Of a DNA stretch of 64,000 nucleotides, positions 10,394 to 22,500 are shown one piece after another; the first letter of the stretch is position 1; every line of letters begins with the position of its first letter. The translations under genes were made by a program, and so were the position numbers. Origin of the DNA: a virus; IMG/VR virus record IMGVR_UViG_3300036770_003758, positions 1 through 64,000 of that record; one strand, written 5' to 3'. The notes beneath the pieces are model-generated. The model had not been told where the DNA came from. It did not search any database and worked only from the letters and a program-made list of their open reading frames with translations.

Positions 10394-10711
10394 ATGGCTA
10401 TTCCAGATAGATATAAAAACATGGGGTTTAGTAGAGCAGGTCAAAAAAAGAAGTCTACTAGACCAGGTAAAAAGTGGATGGTACTTGCTAAGAAAGGTGA
10501 CAAGTATAAAGTAGTTCATGGTGGTGATAGTAAGATGAAAGACTTTAGTCAACATGGTAGTGAAAAACGTAGAAAGAACTTTTGGAATAGAATGGGTGGT
10601 AAAAACTCTAGTAAAGCTAAAGATAAGTTTTCTCCATTATATTGGCATAAGCGTTTAGGTAAATGGGAATACGGTGGTTCTCTACCTTTGTTAAATACTA
10701 AAATGTATTGA
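10394..10711 (+). CDS. small basic protein (probable DNA-binding virion protein)
   Basis: 105 aa, very K/R-rich; KKWMVL..VVHGGD..MKDF..H. Confidence 0.7.
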   Translation: MAIPDRYKNMGFSRAGQKKKSTRPGKKWMVLAKKGDKYKVVHGGDSKMKDFSQHGSEKRRKNFWNRMGGKNSSKAKDKFSPLYWHKRLGKWEYGGSLPLLNTKMY

Positions 10712-10713
10712 TA

Positions 10714-12537
10714 ATGAAATCTGCTTTAAAAATATCTGCTAGGAGACCACTTAAAAAATATGAAAAAGGTGGTGCTCTAACTCCGTTTGAAAAAGCATTT
10801 GCAGAAGCACGTGCTAAGAAAGAAGGTACCTTTAACTATAAAGGTAAGGTATATACCACCCAGTATAAAGAAGAAGTAGGTACTAAGTCTACACCTAGTG
10901 CTACATCTTTTGATAAAGTATTTGCAGCAGAACGTGAAAAACTAGGTCCTGGTAAAACATTTACTTACAACGGTAAACAGTACAGTACCAATTATGCTAC
11001 TGAAGTTTCTGGCACTACACAGAAAACTACCCAGACACCTAAGACAGAAACTAAGCCTGCGTCTAAAATTGTAGAAAAATCTAAAAAAAATAAAGTAGAA
11101 TCTAGCCCTCGTGCAAATAAAGTAAATTCTAAAAATAAAACAAGCGATAAAACAAAACGACCTGTACGCGTAAGTAAAGAAACTGATTTAGTTGATTTCC
11201 CTCAAGTTAATAAAAAACCAGTTCAAGCTGCAGCACCTAAAAAACGTATGAACACACGTGGTGGTGTAGATTTAATTGAGTTTCCTGCAGGGGGTAAAAA
11301 ACCTGCAGTGGTTACACAACGTACTGATAGAATAACTCCTAAAGATACTACAGATACCGCACAGTTACCTGTTGCAACTGTAACAGCTTCTAAATTATCT
11401 AAACCTACTACAGTTAAAAAAGATACTACGTTTACATCTACTGTCAATCCTGTTGATGTCACAGCTAAAAAAATTAATAGAGATAGGGTAAGTAAGATGT
11501 CAATGTTACCTGATTTTACAAAAATACAGCAGCCTAAAAAAGAAAGTGCTGTAAAAAGAAAATCTGACGTAGGTGAGCAGATATATGAATTAAGCGATAA
11601 ACCAAAAAAACAGTATAAACCTGGGGATAAAATAAAAATAAAAAACTACTTGTCTGAAAAAGGATATGATGAAGTTACTATACCCGATTATCCTAGTTTT
11701 TCAGAATACTTTGCAAAGGTTCCCAATAAAAATGTTCACGTATCAAGGATAAAAGATGACTGGCATCTTAACATGCCAGAAACGTACAGAAGGTTTGTGT
11801 GGACACCAAATGCAGAAAAAGTTCTTAAAGAATCAAAACAACTTTTTTTAAAAACAGGTTTTGATTTATCTATCGATAAGAATAAAAATAAAGACGTAGG
11901 GAAATTTCAAAAACAGATGGGTTTACCACTAACAACAACTCAAAAACATAAACAGAAGTTGATTAATGAACGTCGTAGATTAGGTCTTCAAAATGGTGGT
12001 ACATTAAATACACTTAGCGGTGTTGCTAGTGCAGCAGGTGGTGTAGCTAGCGCATTACCTGGTATTGGCCCTATTGTAGGTGCTGCACTTAATTCTGTAG
12101 TAGCACCTGTACTTGGTGCATTAGCTGCTAAACAACAAAAGCGTGATGATATAAACCAACTTTATTCTAACATATCTATTATGGAAAAAGGTGGTTTAAT
12201 TAAACGTAAAGATGGTAGTTATTCTAAACGTGGTCTTTGGGATAACTTGAGAAGTAAAGCTGCTGAAAATAAAAGAACTGGAGCTAAACCTAAAGCACCT
12301 ACTAAACAAATGCTAGAACAAGAACGCAAAATTAAAGCTAGTAAAGAGTTTGGTGGTACAATTACTGGTAATAATGATCTATCTTTTTACAAAGGTAAAT
12401 CACATCGTGATGGCGGTATTATGGTAAACAGTAAAGGTGTTCCATCTAGGAATGCATCTGCTGAAGTTGAAGGCGGTGAAACTAGGTTCATGTATAAAGA
12501 CAAAGCTTACATCTTCAGTGATAAACTTACAATATAA
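10714..12537 (+). CDS. modular virion cargo protein
   Basis: Two F..(A/V)FA..R..F.Y.GK.Y.T repeats, K/T-rich linker, Gly/Ala hydrophobic segment, C-terminal GKSHRDGGI..EVEGGE..YIFSDKL. Confidence 0.65.
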   Translation: MKSALKISARRPLKKYEKGGALTPFEKAFAEARAKKEGTFNYKGKVYTTQYKEEVGTKSTPSATSFDKVFAAEREKLGPGKTFTYNGKQYSTNYATEVSGTTQKTTQTPKTETKPASKIVEKSKKNKVESSPRANKVNSKNKTSDKTKRPVRVSKETDLVDFPQVNKKPVQAAAPKKRMNTRGGVDLIEFPAGGKKPAVVTQRTDRITPKDTTDTAQLPVATVTASKLSKPTTVKKDTTFTSTVNPVDVTAKKINRDRVSKMSMLPDFTKIQQPKKESAVKRKSDVGEQIYELSDKPKKQYKPGDKIKIKNYLSEKGYDEVTIPDYPSFSEYFAKVPNKNVHVSRIKDDWHLNMPETYRRFVWTPNAEKVLKESKQLFLKTGFDLSIDKNKNKDVGKFQKQMGLPLTTTQKHKQKLINERRRLGLQNGGTLNTLSGVASAAGGVASALPGIGPIVGAALNSVVAPVLGALAAKQQKRDDINQLYSNISIMEKGGLIKRKDGSYSKRGLWDNLRSKAAENKRTGAKPKAPTKQMLEQERKIKASKEFGGTITGNNDLSFYKGKSHRDGGIMVNSKGVPSRNASAEVEGGETRFMYKDKAYIFSDKLTI

Positions 12538-13706
12538 TGAAAACTAAAAACGTAACTGAGCGATATAAAGGTATGACCTTTGCACAGGCTTCTAAGAAGA
12601 TCTCTGATAAGTACAAAGACAGAGATACAAACCCTATGGCTAAGAGATCTTTTATGGCTGAGATGGAAGAACTTGTACGCTATCAAGAGGTAGTACGTGC
12701 TAGCGTAGCTGCTATAGAAACGTTACAAGAAAATAGAAAACCACTTAAACAATTTGGTGGTTTTGCTGCAGCTAGTTTACCTATGATGACTAGTATTACA
12801 GATGCATTACTTAAACCTTCAAGTACTATAACTCCACTACCTACTATAAATACTCCAGCACCAGGTCAAGCTTTTACTTTAGGTGCAGGTACTGGAATAG
12901 GTTCAAGTGGAAACTCAGGTTTAGTTTCTATGCAAGAACGTGGTTTAAAAGATGTGCAAGAATCTCGTGTTCCAATTACTGTACCTGAACCTGCTGCTAA
13001 AGGCGCTAACATATTATCTCCATTAATGCTAGGTAAAGGTTTAGAGCTAGCTGGTAAAACAGCAATGGCTTTAATGGGTAGAGATAGAATACGTCCAGAA
13101 CTTAACCCTTATGAATCTGAAGCACGTCAAGAGTTAAATAATCTACGTACAGACTTTGGTGCATTACGTCAACAGTATATGCAACAAGCTGCTGCATCTA
13201 GAGGTATGGTTAGTAACATAGGTAGTGAAGCTATGCGTCAAGCATTGAACCAGAACACACAATCTAATTTGTTACAAGGTTTAGCTAGTGCAGAACTTCA
13301 AGGTCAAGGTATGGAGAATCAATATCGTCAAGCACGTGCTTCTGGTTTACAAGCACTTGGTGCTGAAACTGTACGCGCTCGTCAATATGCTGAGCAATTA
13401 GATACTCAAGGTAAAGCTACTTCTCAGCTTGGTTTACAGTCTATATTTGAATCTGTAGGTAACGTGGGTCAGCGTGTAACAGACTTTAAAGCTGGTATTG
13501 CGCAACAGAAGTTGTTAGCTGATGTACTTAGGACTAAAGACTTTAAGATTAATACTGAAGCACTTATAGGTGCTTACAATGAAGGTAAAATAACTCAACA
13601 GGATGTTATAGAAATTGCTCAGCAATCTACAAGTGAAACTGAGTCACAAAGGTTATTAAACGAAAGAATAAAAGCAAGGGATAAAGCACTTGCTACTTCA
13701 AAATAA
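12537..13706 (+). CDS. virion cargo/ejection protein
   Basis: Q/A-rich helical protein; TAATG-coupled to the upstream gene. Confidence 0.6.
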   Translation: MKTKNVTERYKGMTFAQASKKISDKYKDRDTNPMAKRSFMAEMEELVRYQEVVRASVAAIETLQENRKPLKQFGGFAAASLPMMTSITDALLKPSSTITPLPTINTPAPGQAFTLGAGTGIGSSGNSGLVSMQERGLKDVQESRVPITVPEPAAKGANILSPLMLGKGLELAGKTAMALMGRDRIRPELNPYESEARQELNNLRTDFGALRQQYMQQAAASRGMVSNIGSEAMRQALNQNTQSNLLQGLASAELQGQGMENQYRQARASGLQALGAETVRARQYAEQLDTQGKATSQLGLQSIFESVGNVGQRVTDFKAGIAQQKLLADVLRTKDFKINTEALIGAYNEGKITQQDVIEIAQQSTSETESQRLLNERIKARDKALATSK

Positions 13707-13712
13707 TAAAAC

Positions 13713-16517
13713 ATGGGATTAGCACGTGGTGTAGCGATAAGACCAGTAGATTTTCAAATACCTGTACTACAGTTACCTTTTGAACAGATCTATTCTCAGA
13801 TGCAGCAAATGCAACAAGAGAAAGATACGTTTGAAGCTATGCAAGGTATGCTACCGCAGTATATCGGAGCAGATAGAGAAAAGGTAATTGCTGGCGCTCA
13901 GTTTGTAAAAGATGTATCTACTGATGTGGCTAAGAAGTTTGCTGCTGGTAATGTTAGAGATGCCATGGGAGCATTACGTGGAGCTAAGGAATCTGTAGCT
14001 AAGATGTGGTCACCTACTGGTGTATTTGGTGCTGTACAAGGTTTCTATGACGATTACCAGAAAGCTATTCAAGAAGTAGATGAGTTTACTAAGGGTAACA
14101 CAGATCCTTCGTATAATTACGTTTACAAAAGAATGGTACAGAAAGCTGCTGAACAAGGTTCACAGTTTGATCCTACTACAGGTAAACGTGCTACTGTAGC
14201 TGCTCCAGATATGCTCAAAGAAGTAGATGTACTTAAAGAGTTTATGGAGTTTGGTAAAGGTTGGGGTAATGAAGCTGATCAAACAGTAGGTATTGAAAAG
14301 TATGGTGATTACTATTACTATATAGGTACTGATAAAAAAGTACCGCCTGAAGAAGTTAGATCAGCGTGGAACTCATTTATTAGCTCACCTAAGATGCAAA
14401 ACCATCTTAGGATACAAGCATCTTATGAAACAGCTATGATGGGTGATAACGCAGAAGATTTTCGTGATCAACTCATAATGGATGCACAGACTACGTACAA
14501 CAATCAAAAGAAACAATTAGATATTGTAGAACAAATGCTTAACTCTAGTAATGTAAATACTAGGAAACAAGCACAACGTGAACTTGGTGTTGCTACTGAC
14601 GGTATTGTAGGTGAACAAACTAAAAAAGCTTTATCTAACTTGAGATCAGAGCTTGATGGTCAACTAGAAGAAGCTAAGACTTTATACCAAGAAGCTGACA
14701 TAGAGAACTTAGTTAAGAATAGACTTGAGCGTACTATGGGTAACGCTGCTGTACAAAGGTTAGCGTTTTCACAAGAAGATGGTAAACTAGTAGCACGTCA
14801 AGATATGTTAAATAAACAAAGACTTAGCTATCAAAGAAAACTACTTCAAGAACAATACGAACTAGATGTAAAAAACAATACACCTTTATTTGATGTAGCT
14901 GGAGCTTATGCAGCTAGTATACCTAATGTAGCTGTAGCTATGCAAGAAGGTGCTGATATTTATAAAGGTACTTATAACAAATTGTTTTCTGATAATCCAG
15001 AGCTAGCTAAAGCAATTAAGTCTATGACAGGTAATCGTAGATATGCGGAAGCTTTACCTAGTATTGTAGATGCTTTACGAGAAGCTCAAACTGGCGATGG
15101 TAAAATAGATCAAGCTAAGTTTACACAAGCTATGCGAAATCGTGGGTTTAAAGATGGTGAGGCTAATCCTAGTTATAAAGGTCCTGTTGTCACTTGGTCT
15201 AATCTCGTACAACAAGTTAATGACAATCTAGTAAGCGTTAATGATTTTGAAAATGCGTCTGAAACTTTACAAGGACCTTATGCTGCGTACATGGATAGTA
15301 AAGCTGTTGTAGAAAGTTTTACTGACCGTGTCGCAGCAGATAATATTGTAGATTGGAGTAAGATTAAAGTGTTTAAAAGTGTAACTCCTACACCTTTTGG
15401 TAAAAACACACCTTATCAAAAAGAATATCTTAGTGAATCTGAATTAAAAGAACAGTTTAAAAGAGGTAATCCTGCAGTGATAAAAGCTGTAAATGATTTA
15501 GTAGGTAACGAAAAACTTAAAGGTTACGCTACAATATCTACAGCTACTGCATTTACTGGTGGTGTTGCTGCTAACTATGACAAACTTATTGTAGAACATC
15601 TTAAGAGTACGCCTGGTGCATTCTTAAGCGCTATCAATCCAGAACAACTTGAAGGTGATAGTGAAATAGCTAACGCTATAGGTTTAAAGCGACAAGCTGG
15701 TGGTAAGTATACTATTGACCCCACACTTCAAGTTACTAACATTAAAATGTCTACTGCTTCTGATAACGGAAGAAATGTAAACATTGCTACAGTACAATAT
15801 ACAACTACTAACGCTGAAAGTAAAAAAGTACCAGGTACTATTGAATTACCTGATTATGCAATAAATCCTCAGTTCTTAGCAGATCGTTATGTAGGTATTG
15901 CTAGTTCATATTTAAACAGAGACGGTAGCATTAAAGATGAAAATGCATTTCTAAACGTGTCTGCAAACATGTTTGATTTAACAAATGGACCTACGCTAAT
16001 AACTAACGAAGCAGCTTATCGTAATAGAATACTAGCAAATAGAAACACTGTTGTAAGCCATAGAGTAAACTTACCTAGTGTTAGATTATCAGACGGTAGA
16101 ACAGGTGCAGTTATGGACGTTAGTGCTGCGACTATGATAGCGGGTACTGGTCAAATTATGCATGTATATGGTAGAGATGCAGCAGCTTCTTATATACAAC
16201 AAGCTGGTAATGATTTTGCTAAGTTGCAAACACTTTTAGAATCAGCACCTCAAGAAGTACGCGCTGCTATTGTAGCTAAACAAGTTGGTACTTATAGTCG
16301 TGATAGTGAAGGTCACATAAGTAGCAGATCTATTAAAGTAGATCAAGCTAGACTTAGTGATGCAATATACGATATGAAAGGTACTTTAAACTTTTTAGAT
16401 ACGCAGTACAAAGCTATTGACGCTATCGGTAAAAAAAGAGTTAAAACAGGACCTCAGTTTTTACAAAGCATAGACGTATCTTCAATGTTTGAAGGTGCTC
16501 AAGAAATAGACGAATAA
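13713..16517 (+). CDS. ejection protein with a peptidoglycan-binding motif
   Basis: QAQRELGVATDGIVGEQTKKAL matches the PG_binding_1 signature; 934 aa, no Cys. Confidence 0.65.
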   Translation: MGLARGVAIRPVDFQIPVLQLPFEQIYSQMQQMQQEKDTFEAMQGMLPQYIGADREKVIAGAQFVKDVSTDVAKKFAAGNVRDAMGALRGAKESVAKMWSPTGVFGAVQGFYDDYQKAIQEVDEFTKGNTDPSYNYVYKRMVQKAAEQGSQFDPTTGKRATVAAPDMLKEVDVLKEFMEFGKGWGNEADQTVGIEKYGDYYYYIGTDKKVPPEEVRSAWNSFISSPKMQNHLRIQASYETAMMGDNAEDFRDQLIMDAQTTYNNQKKQLDIVEQMLNSSNVNTRKQAQRELGVATDGIVGEQTKKALSNLRSELDGQLEEAKTLYQEADIENLVKNRLERTMGNAAVQRLAFSQEDGKLVARQDMLNKQRLSYQRKLLQEQYELDVKNNTPLFDVAGAYAASIPNVAVAMQEGADIYKGTYNKLFSDNPELAKAIKSMTGNRRYAEALPSIVDALREAQTGDGKIDQAKFTQAMRNRGFKDGEANPSYKGPVVTWSNLVQQVNDNLVSVNDFENASETLQGPYAAYMDSKAVVESFTDRVAADNIVDWSKIKVFKSVTPTPFGKNTPYQKEYLSESELKEQFKRGNPAVIKAVNDLVGNEKLKGYATISTATAFTGGVAANYDKLIVEHLKSTPGAFLSAINPEQLEGDSEIANAIGLKRQAGGKYTIDPTLQVTNIKMSTASDNGRNVNIATVQYTTTNAESKKVPGTIELPDYAINPQFLADRYVGIASSYLNRDGSIKDENAFLNVSANMFDLTNGPTLITNEAAYRNRILANRNTVVSHRVNLPSVRLSDGRTGAVMDVSAATMIAGTGQIMHVYGRDAAASYIQQAGNDFAKLQTLLESAPQEVRAAIVAKQVGTYSRDSEGHISSRSIKVDQARLSDAIYDMKGTLNFLDTQYKAIDAIGKKRVKTGPQFLQSIDVSSMFEGAQEIDE

Positions 16518-16518
16518 C

Positions 16519-19500
16519 ATGGCTAAAATACTTTCTCCTCAAGATCTAAGTACTGTAGATCGTGGTATACCTAAAATACCTTTAGGTGCATTTTCATTAC
16601 GGGATATCGCAGGGCGTACTTCATATGGTACACCTTCTGCGTTAAAGATTGATGATCTATCAGAATACGAAGGTGTAGATATAGATCTTGCTGTACGTGG
16701 TGGTGAGCGCGCATTACAAGAAGGTAGAGCATTACGTCAAACTGGTGCAGAGCTATTAGCTAAAGGTATAGGTAATATTGCTGAGAACGTAATCTTTGAA
16801 ACACTTAAGTTTCCTGGTACTATAGCTAGTGGTATAGGTATTGTAACTGGTAACGAGGGTATGATCAATAACTTGTGGTTACAAGGATTTGATGCTTTAC
16901 AGAAACCACTAACAGAACTCACTGAAGTATATGTACCACCTAGTGTTCAAGAGAAAGGTTTATGGGGTCAATTATCTAGTCCTTATTTCTGGGCTGGAGA
17001 AGGTGCTGATGCAATAGGTACTATGTTGTCTATGATGATACCTGGACGCTGGTTAGCTACATTTGGTTTAGGTGCTAAAGCCGCTAAAGGATTAGCTAAA
17101 GCTGGTAAGCTAGGTGAAATTGCTGTAGATGGTTCTAGGATACTAGAGACTACTGGGGATGCTAACAAGATAGGTAAGTTCTTAGTTAAAACACTAGGAT
17201 CTACAGGTAGGGGTATTGACTTTGGTAAACTAGCTAGGAACATAGATTCTGGTGTAGCAGTAGCTACTAACACACTATTAGAATCTTCTGCTGAAGCTTT
17301 AGATACTTACGAGAGCTTATTAGCACAAGGTAAAACACCTGAAGAAGCTGGTGAAGCTGCTACTAAGGTAATGATGTTGAACATGGGATTACTTACTGTG
17401 TCTAATACATTACTTGAAAAGTATGTGTTCAATGGTTTTAACCGTTTACCATCTGTAGGTAAACAACTTACTACAGCACTTAAAGGTGGTACTCCAGTAT
17501 ACAAACCTTTTCAACAAGCTGGTATAAAGTTTGCTGCAGGTGTGTTAGCAGAAGGCGTTATTGAAGAAGGTCTTCAAACTTCGTTTCAACAAGAAGAAGG
17601 TGATCCTATACGTTCCTTAGAAAGATATTTTGAAAACTTCCAAAGTTTATTTAGCGCAGACCCAGATATAGAATTTGGTAAAGCTGTAATACTGGGTAGT
17701 TTACTAGGTGGTGCAGTAGGCGGTATTAGTGGATTTGCTGATGTTAGAGATCAAAAAGCATTGCTACAAGGTAGACCAGAGCGTGTACTAGCTAAAGGTA
17801 GGTTAGGTACTCTACAAGGTATGCTTGGGTATAAAGCTAAGCAAGCTGAGAAAGGTCTTATTGATATATTCAGACCTAGCTTTGAAAGTCTTAAGACAGG
17901 TAAGGATATCCTAAAGAACTCTGTAAATGAAAAAGGAGAGTTTAACGTAGAAGCTTTAAACGAAGAGTCTACTATGTTTGCATTATCAAACATGGTAGAT
18001 GATATATTGCTGCAGAATAATGGTGATGTACAAGCATCTAAGACACAAGTAGCTGCTAGCCTTAGAGAACTAGGTATGTCAAGCGCATCTATAAAGAACT
18101 TGATAAACGGACTTATACCCAGCGATATAAATAACTTATCTGGAGAGCAAGTACTTAAGCTTATTACGCTTAAAAAAGATAACACATACTTTTCCAGGTT
18201 TGCTGCTAACCCTGCTGGTTTTGAGATGCTAGATGCACATATTGATGATATGGTAGATGCACTTGAGGAAAGGTATGAAATGAACACTGGTGCTAAGCTA
18301 TCTGATGAAAAAAAGAAAAGCATTAGTACTGATCTTAAATCTAAAGCTAAGCGGTACAAGAATATGTACGAAGCTGCTACTACGTTTAATAACAATGTAC
18401 GTTATGGTATTGAAGTAGCACGAGAAGATGCAGAAGATTTTAATGAGTTCATACGTATGACACAAGGTCAAACGTTAGGTTCTATGACCTATATAGAAGA
18501 ACTCCGTACAATTGCTGATGAAATTGAAAAAGAAACTAGCGCTGAACAACAGAAAATTAATACAGCTAGAAATACACTTAAGAATGCTAAAAAGAACGGT
18601 GGTGACCCTGATTTTATTAAAACCTTAGAACAAGATCTAGCTAAAGCAATCAGTGATGCTAATGCAGCAATACCTAATTTTGATAAAAAAAGAACAGATT
18701 TAGCTAGGATTCGTGAGAACGTAACTGCTCGTGAAAAGAATATTATTGAGTTTGGTACTGAGCCTAAAGTTAAAGAGAAATGGGAAGCATTCTTAGAAGT
18801 TAAGCGTGAAAAGAAAAAAGCTACTCAACAGTACTTTGACGGCATAGAAGTTGATACTAAGATAATGCCTGCAATGTACAAGATTATCTTTGATCAACTT
18901 GTTAATAAAGGATATGCACCGCAGTTAATAACAGATGTACCTTTTGTTAAGATAGCTGTATTCCATGCAACGTATGAAGATGATCTATACACCTTTACTC
19001 AGACTAAAGATGGATTTAATGTTCGTAACCATAGCGAAGAAACTGATGAAGTAGTTGCTAATTGGAAAGCGTTAATAGAGAAATTTCCTAAGTTATCTAT
19101 ACTTACTGTGGATCAGTATAACTTAGAAAAGAAACGTGTCGATAAAGAGATCGCTGATCGCAGAGCAGAACTAGAACAGCAAGCTGCTATTCAAGCACTT
19201 ACTGAATTATCTGATGAGATTAATCAACAGTTTGCTAAGATAGAAGCTGAATTACAAAGTAATTACAATACGTTGCAAGGCATTAGAGATAGCTTAGAAA
19301 CAAATAAGAAAACCCTTATAAGTAATCAAGGTAAACTTAAACGGACTAATAAAAAAGGTATGCCTGTAGAAGATCTTCAGGGTACTGTGACTAAACTTAA
19401 AAAGCTAGTCAAGGAACTTAAAACTCAACAAAAGAATATAACTAAAACTATAGCAAGTTTAGAAGCAGCTAAGATCAGGTTACAGTTTGAATCAAATGGT

Positions 19501-22500
19501 ATTAATAACTTAATTGAAAGAATGCAAGCTGGAACTTCTGTTAAATTTAATCAAGAAGCTTTACAAGATTTTGCAACAACAGAGTACGGTCAAGCTACTG
19601 GTGAGTTTTTACAAGAAGCTTTAGATTTTTCAAAGTTAAGTTCAAGTCAAAGAACTAAATCAGCGTTTTTAGAAAAGTTTGCCGAATATCAAATTAGAGC
19701 ACAGCAGCAGATATTAAATGTTGTTAATGAAGTCACACTAGCTAAACAGTTATCTGATGAGGTACAAGGTCTTATTAATTTAATTACTACACATATATCT
19801 GAAATTGGAGCAACTATCCCTGTAAAATCTTTATCTGATATTCCAGATAATGTTAAAGCTGAGCTGGAGAATAAGTTCCCTGGCGTACTTGAAGCTATGG
19901 ATAAAGCTTTAAAAAGTAATAATCCAGATGTTGTATTAAAGTTCTTAGCTGACTTAGTAAATAAAGTTAAAGATCAACATAGCGATACTTATGTAGAGGT
20001 GCTTAAGGATTTTGCTAACTTGTTACAACCTTACGTAGACTTATCCGCTGAAATAAGTTCTGATGTACTTAGCAATAGAGCAGAAGAGTTAGTAAAAAAT
20101 ATTGAAAAAAACGAAATGTACTACGTTGGCCTTAAAGCATTACGTAGGTTTGCTATATTGATTAAGTATCAAAAACAACTAACCAAACTTAAAAATCAAA
20201 TAATTAAAGGTTACTCGCCTAAAGAAGATCCTCAGTTAATACCTGATGTTGAAACACAAGATGTTACAGGTGACCCTACTCTATTTAGTAGCGAAGAACA
20301 AAATAGAAAAGTACTGTCATTATTTAATACTTCTGGGTTAAATATTGAGTACGATAATGACGGTAGTGATGTGCGTGCAGATATTCTCAACTTAGGTTAT
20401 ACATTACCTGTACCTTCACAATCTGATATTACAAGAAACTTCTTTCAATGGTTAGATAGCAACGATACTGGTAACTTTAAGGTAATACCTTACGCACCAG
20501 AGTTTAACGACACAGACTTTGATGATATTACAGATCCTGAAACAGCTAAGGTGCTTAGAGATTATATTGCAGGTACTCCTCCTGATGCTCGTGCAGAAGC
20601 TTTGTACGGTGTTGTTATAGAAGAAGTCGATGGTGTACGTATGCTTAAGATGTATAACGGCAAACCTTTGATTAATTCTATGATGCGTCCGCAAACTAAG
20701 TTTCCTAGAGATAAGAATCCTAGGATGGCTAGACGTGCGTATATAGGTTTATTCTTAAAAGATGTATTAGGTTTTGCATCTATACCTACAGATAAAGATT
20801 TAGTAAGTACAAATAGTCTTAATTTAACTAAATCTAGTATTGACAAATTAGAAAAGTATGGTATTTCTATACCGGATCCTAAGTCATTGACATCTCGTAG
20901 TTTCTACAATATGATAGAATCTTTTGCGTTAGTATATGCGCAAATGAAGTATCAGCAAGGATTTAATGAGCTGTTGTCTAAGACTAGAGAGCTAAAAGGT
21001 AATGATTTATCTTCGCGTAAATTGTTAGAAACTACTGGTATTAGTAAAGGATTTCAAGTAGTAGCTAAAACTATCAATGGTGAACCTGTACAATTTAACT
21101 CTGAGAACATGGAGTTAGAATATACTCAAGGAGGTAACCCTAAAAACTTTGATATACTTAAAGCTAATTTTGATGGTATAGCTACATTAAACGGTGTTAA
21201 GTACGATGCTTTACAACCTGGTCGTTTGTACATTAAAAAACATGATAGCAATACGTTGATACCTGTAGAAATGGGTATGTTGTCTAATAACGAAATAGAT
21301 GCTATCTTGTACATGCTTAGTATGTACGCAGATAACAAACGTTCATTAAGACAGATGATACCACAGCTAGATGGTAGTGTTAGGATTAAAAATACATATA
21401 TTAAATTATCTAATATGTCTATATTACCAGCTACTAAAGACAGAGTTAGTTTAATATCTATGATAATGAACTGGGGCTTTAAGGTTAAAGGAGATCCTTC
21501 ACCGTTTGATATTTATTTAAGTAAAGGTTCAGTAATATTTAACGATTCTTCAATATCATTAAATGCTCTTAAAAAAGCATACTTAGAAAACGATGCAGCT
21601 ACTTTACAACCACTAATAGCTTTTCTAAGGACAAAGCGTGTTAACGCTAATTATAACTTACTTGGTGTAGCTAATAACTTTTTTGAGTTTACTGTAGAGA
21701 GAGATAAAAAAACTAATAAACCATTTGACATTAAAGCTGTACAAAAACAAGGATCATACGCTAAACACATATTAGATCGTGCTTCGTTTTATGGTGCACC
21801 TAAAGATGTGTTAGATGCAGCAGGATTACCTAGTTCTGCACAGAAATATATTATGTTTAAAGACTTTGATACTAAAGTAGATGTAAATGAGTTTAGGGCT
21901 AAGACACCTAGTGCTAAACCTAAACCAGCATTTAAATCTAAACCTAGTGGAGTTAGTCCTGTTATAAATGCTTTAAAAGAAAGTAGCTCTATAACAGATT
22001 TTAGAACTAGAGCAGCTTCTTATCTTACAGATCCTGAAAGTGCAGGATTGTTTAGTAGGATATTAAAAAAGTTAAAAAATGAAAGTGGTCCTTTGTTTGA
22101 AGCAGAGAAGCTTTTAGTACTTAATGATAAAAGTATTGTTAGTAGTAAAACAACTGCAGACGTTACACCTGAAGAAAGTTCTGTTACAGTAAAAGATATC
22201 TTAAGTAGCTTGGAACAAGAAGAAACTCAGCAAGGTGAAGAGAGTGGTACTAACATTACAATGGAAGAAGCTTTAAGTACGCTGTGGGAACAAGTAGGTG
22301 GTAAACCTGAAACTCAAGAACAACCTGAAGCTGGTGCTATTGAAGAAGCTAGAAAAGCTGATATAGAAAAAAGTAAAAAGTTAACTAAAGAGTATGGAGA
22401 AGTAGCAATATCTGATGGGAAAAATGTAGAACAGAAATTAGCTCAAATAGGTAAGTTTTTTAAAGATAACTTTGGATGGAATATTACATACATAAAGGCC

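Noticed and set aside
17751-18395. 214-aa antisense ORF and other short antisense ORFs within the giant genes
   Set aside because: Fully nested opposite well-supported genes, with the S/L/F-rich composition typical of shadow frames.
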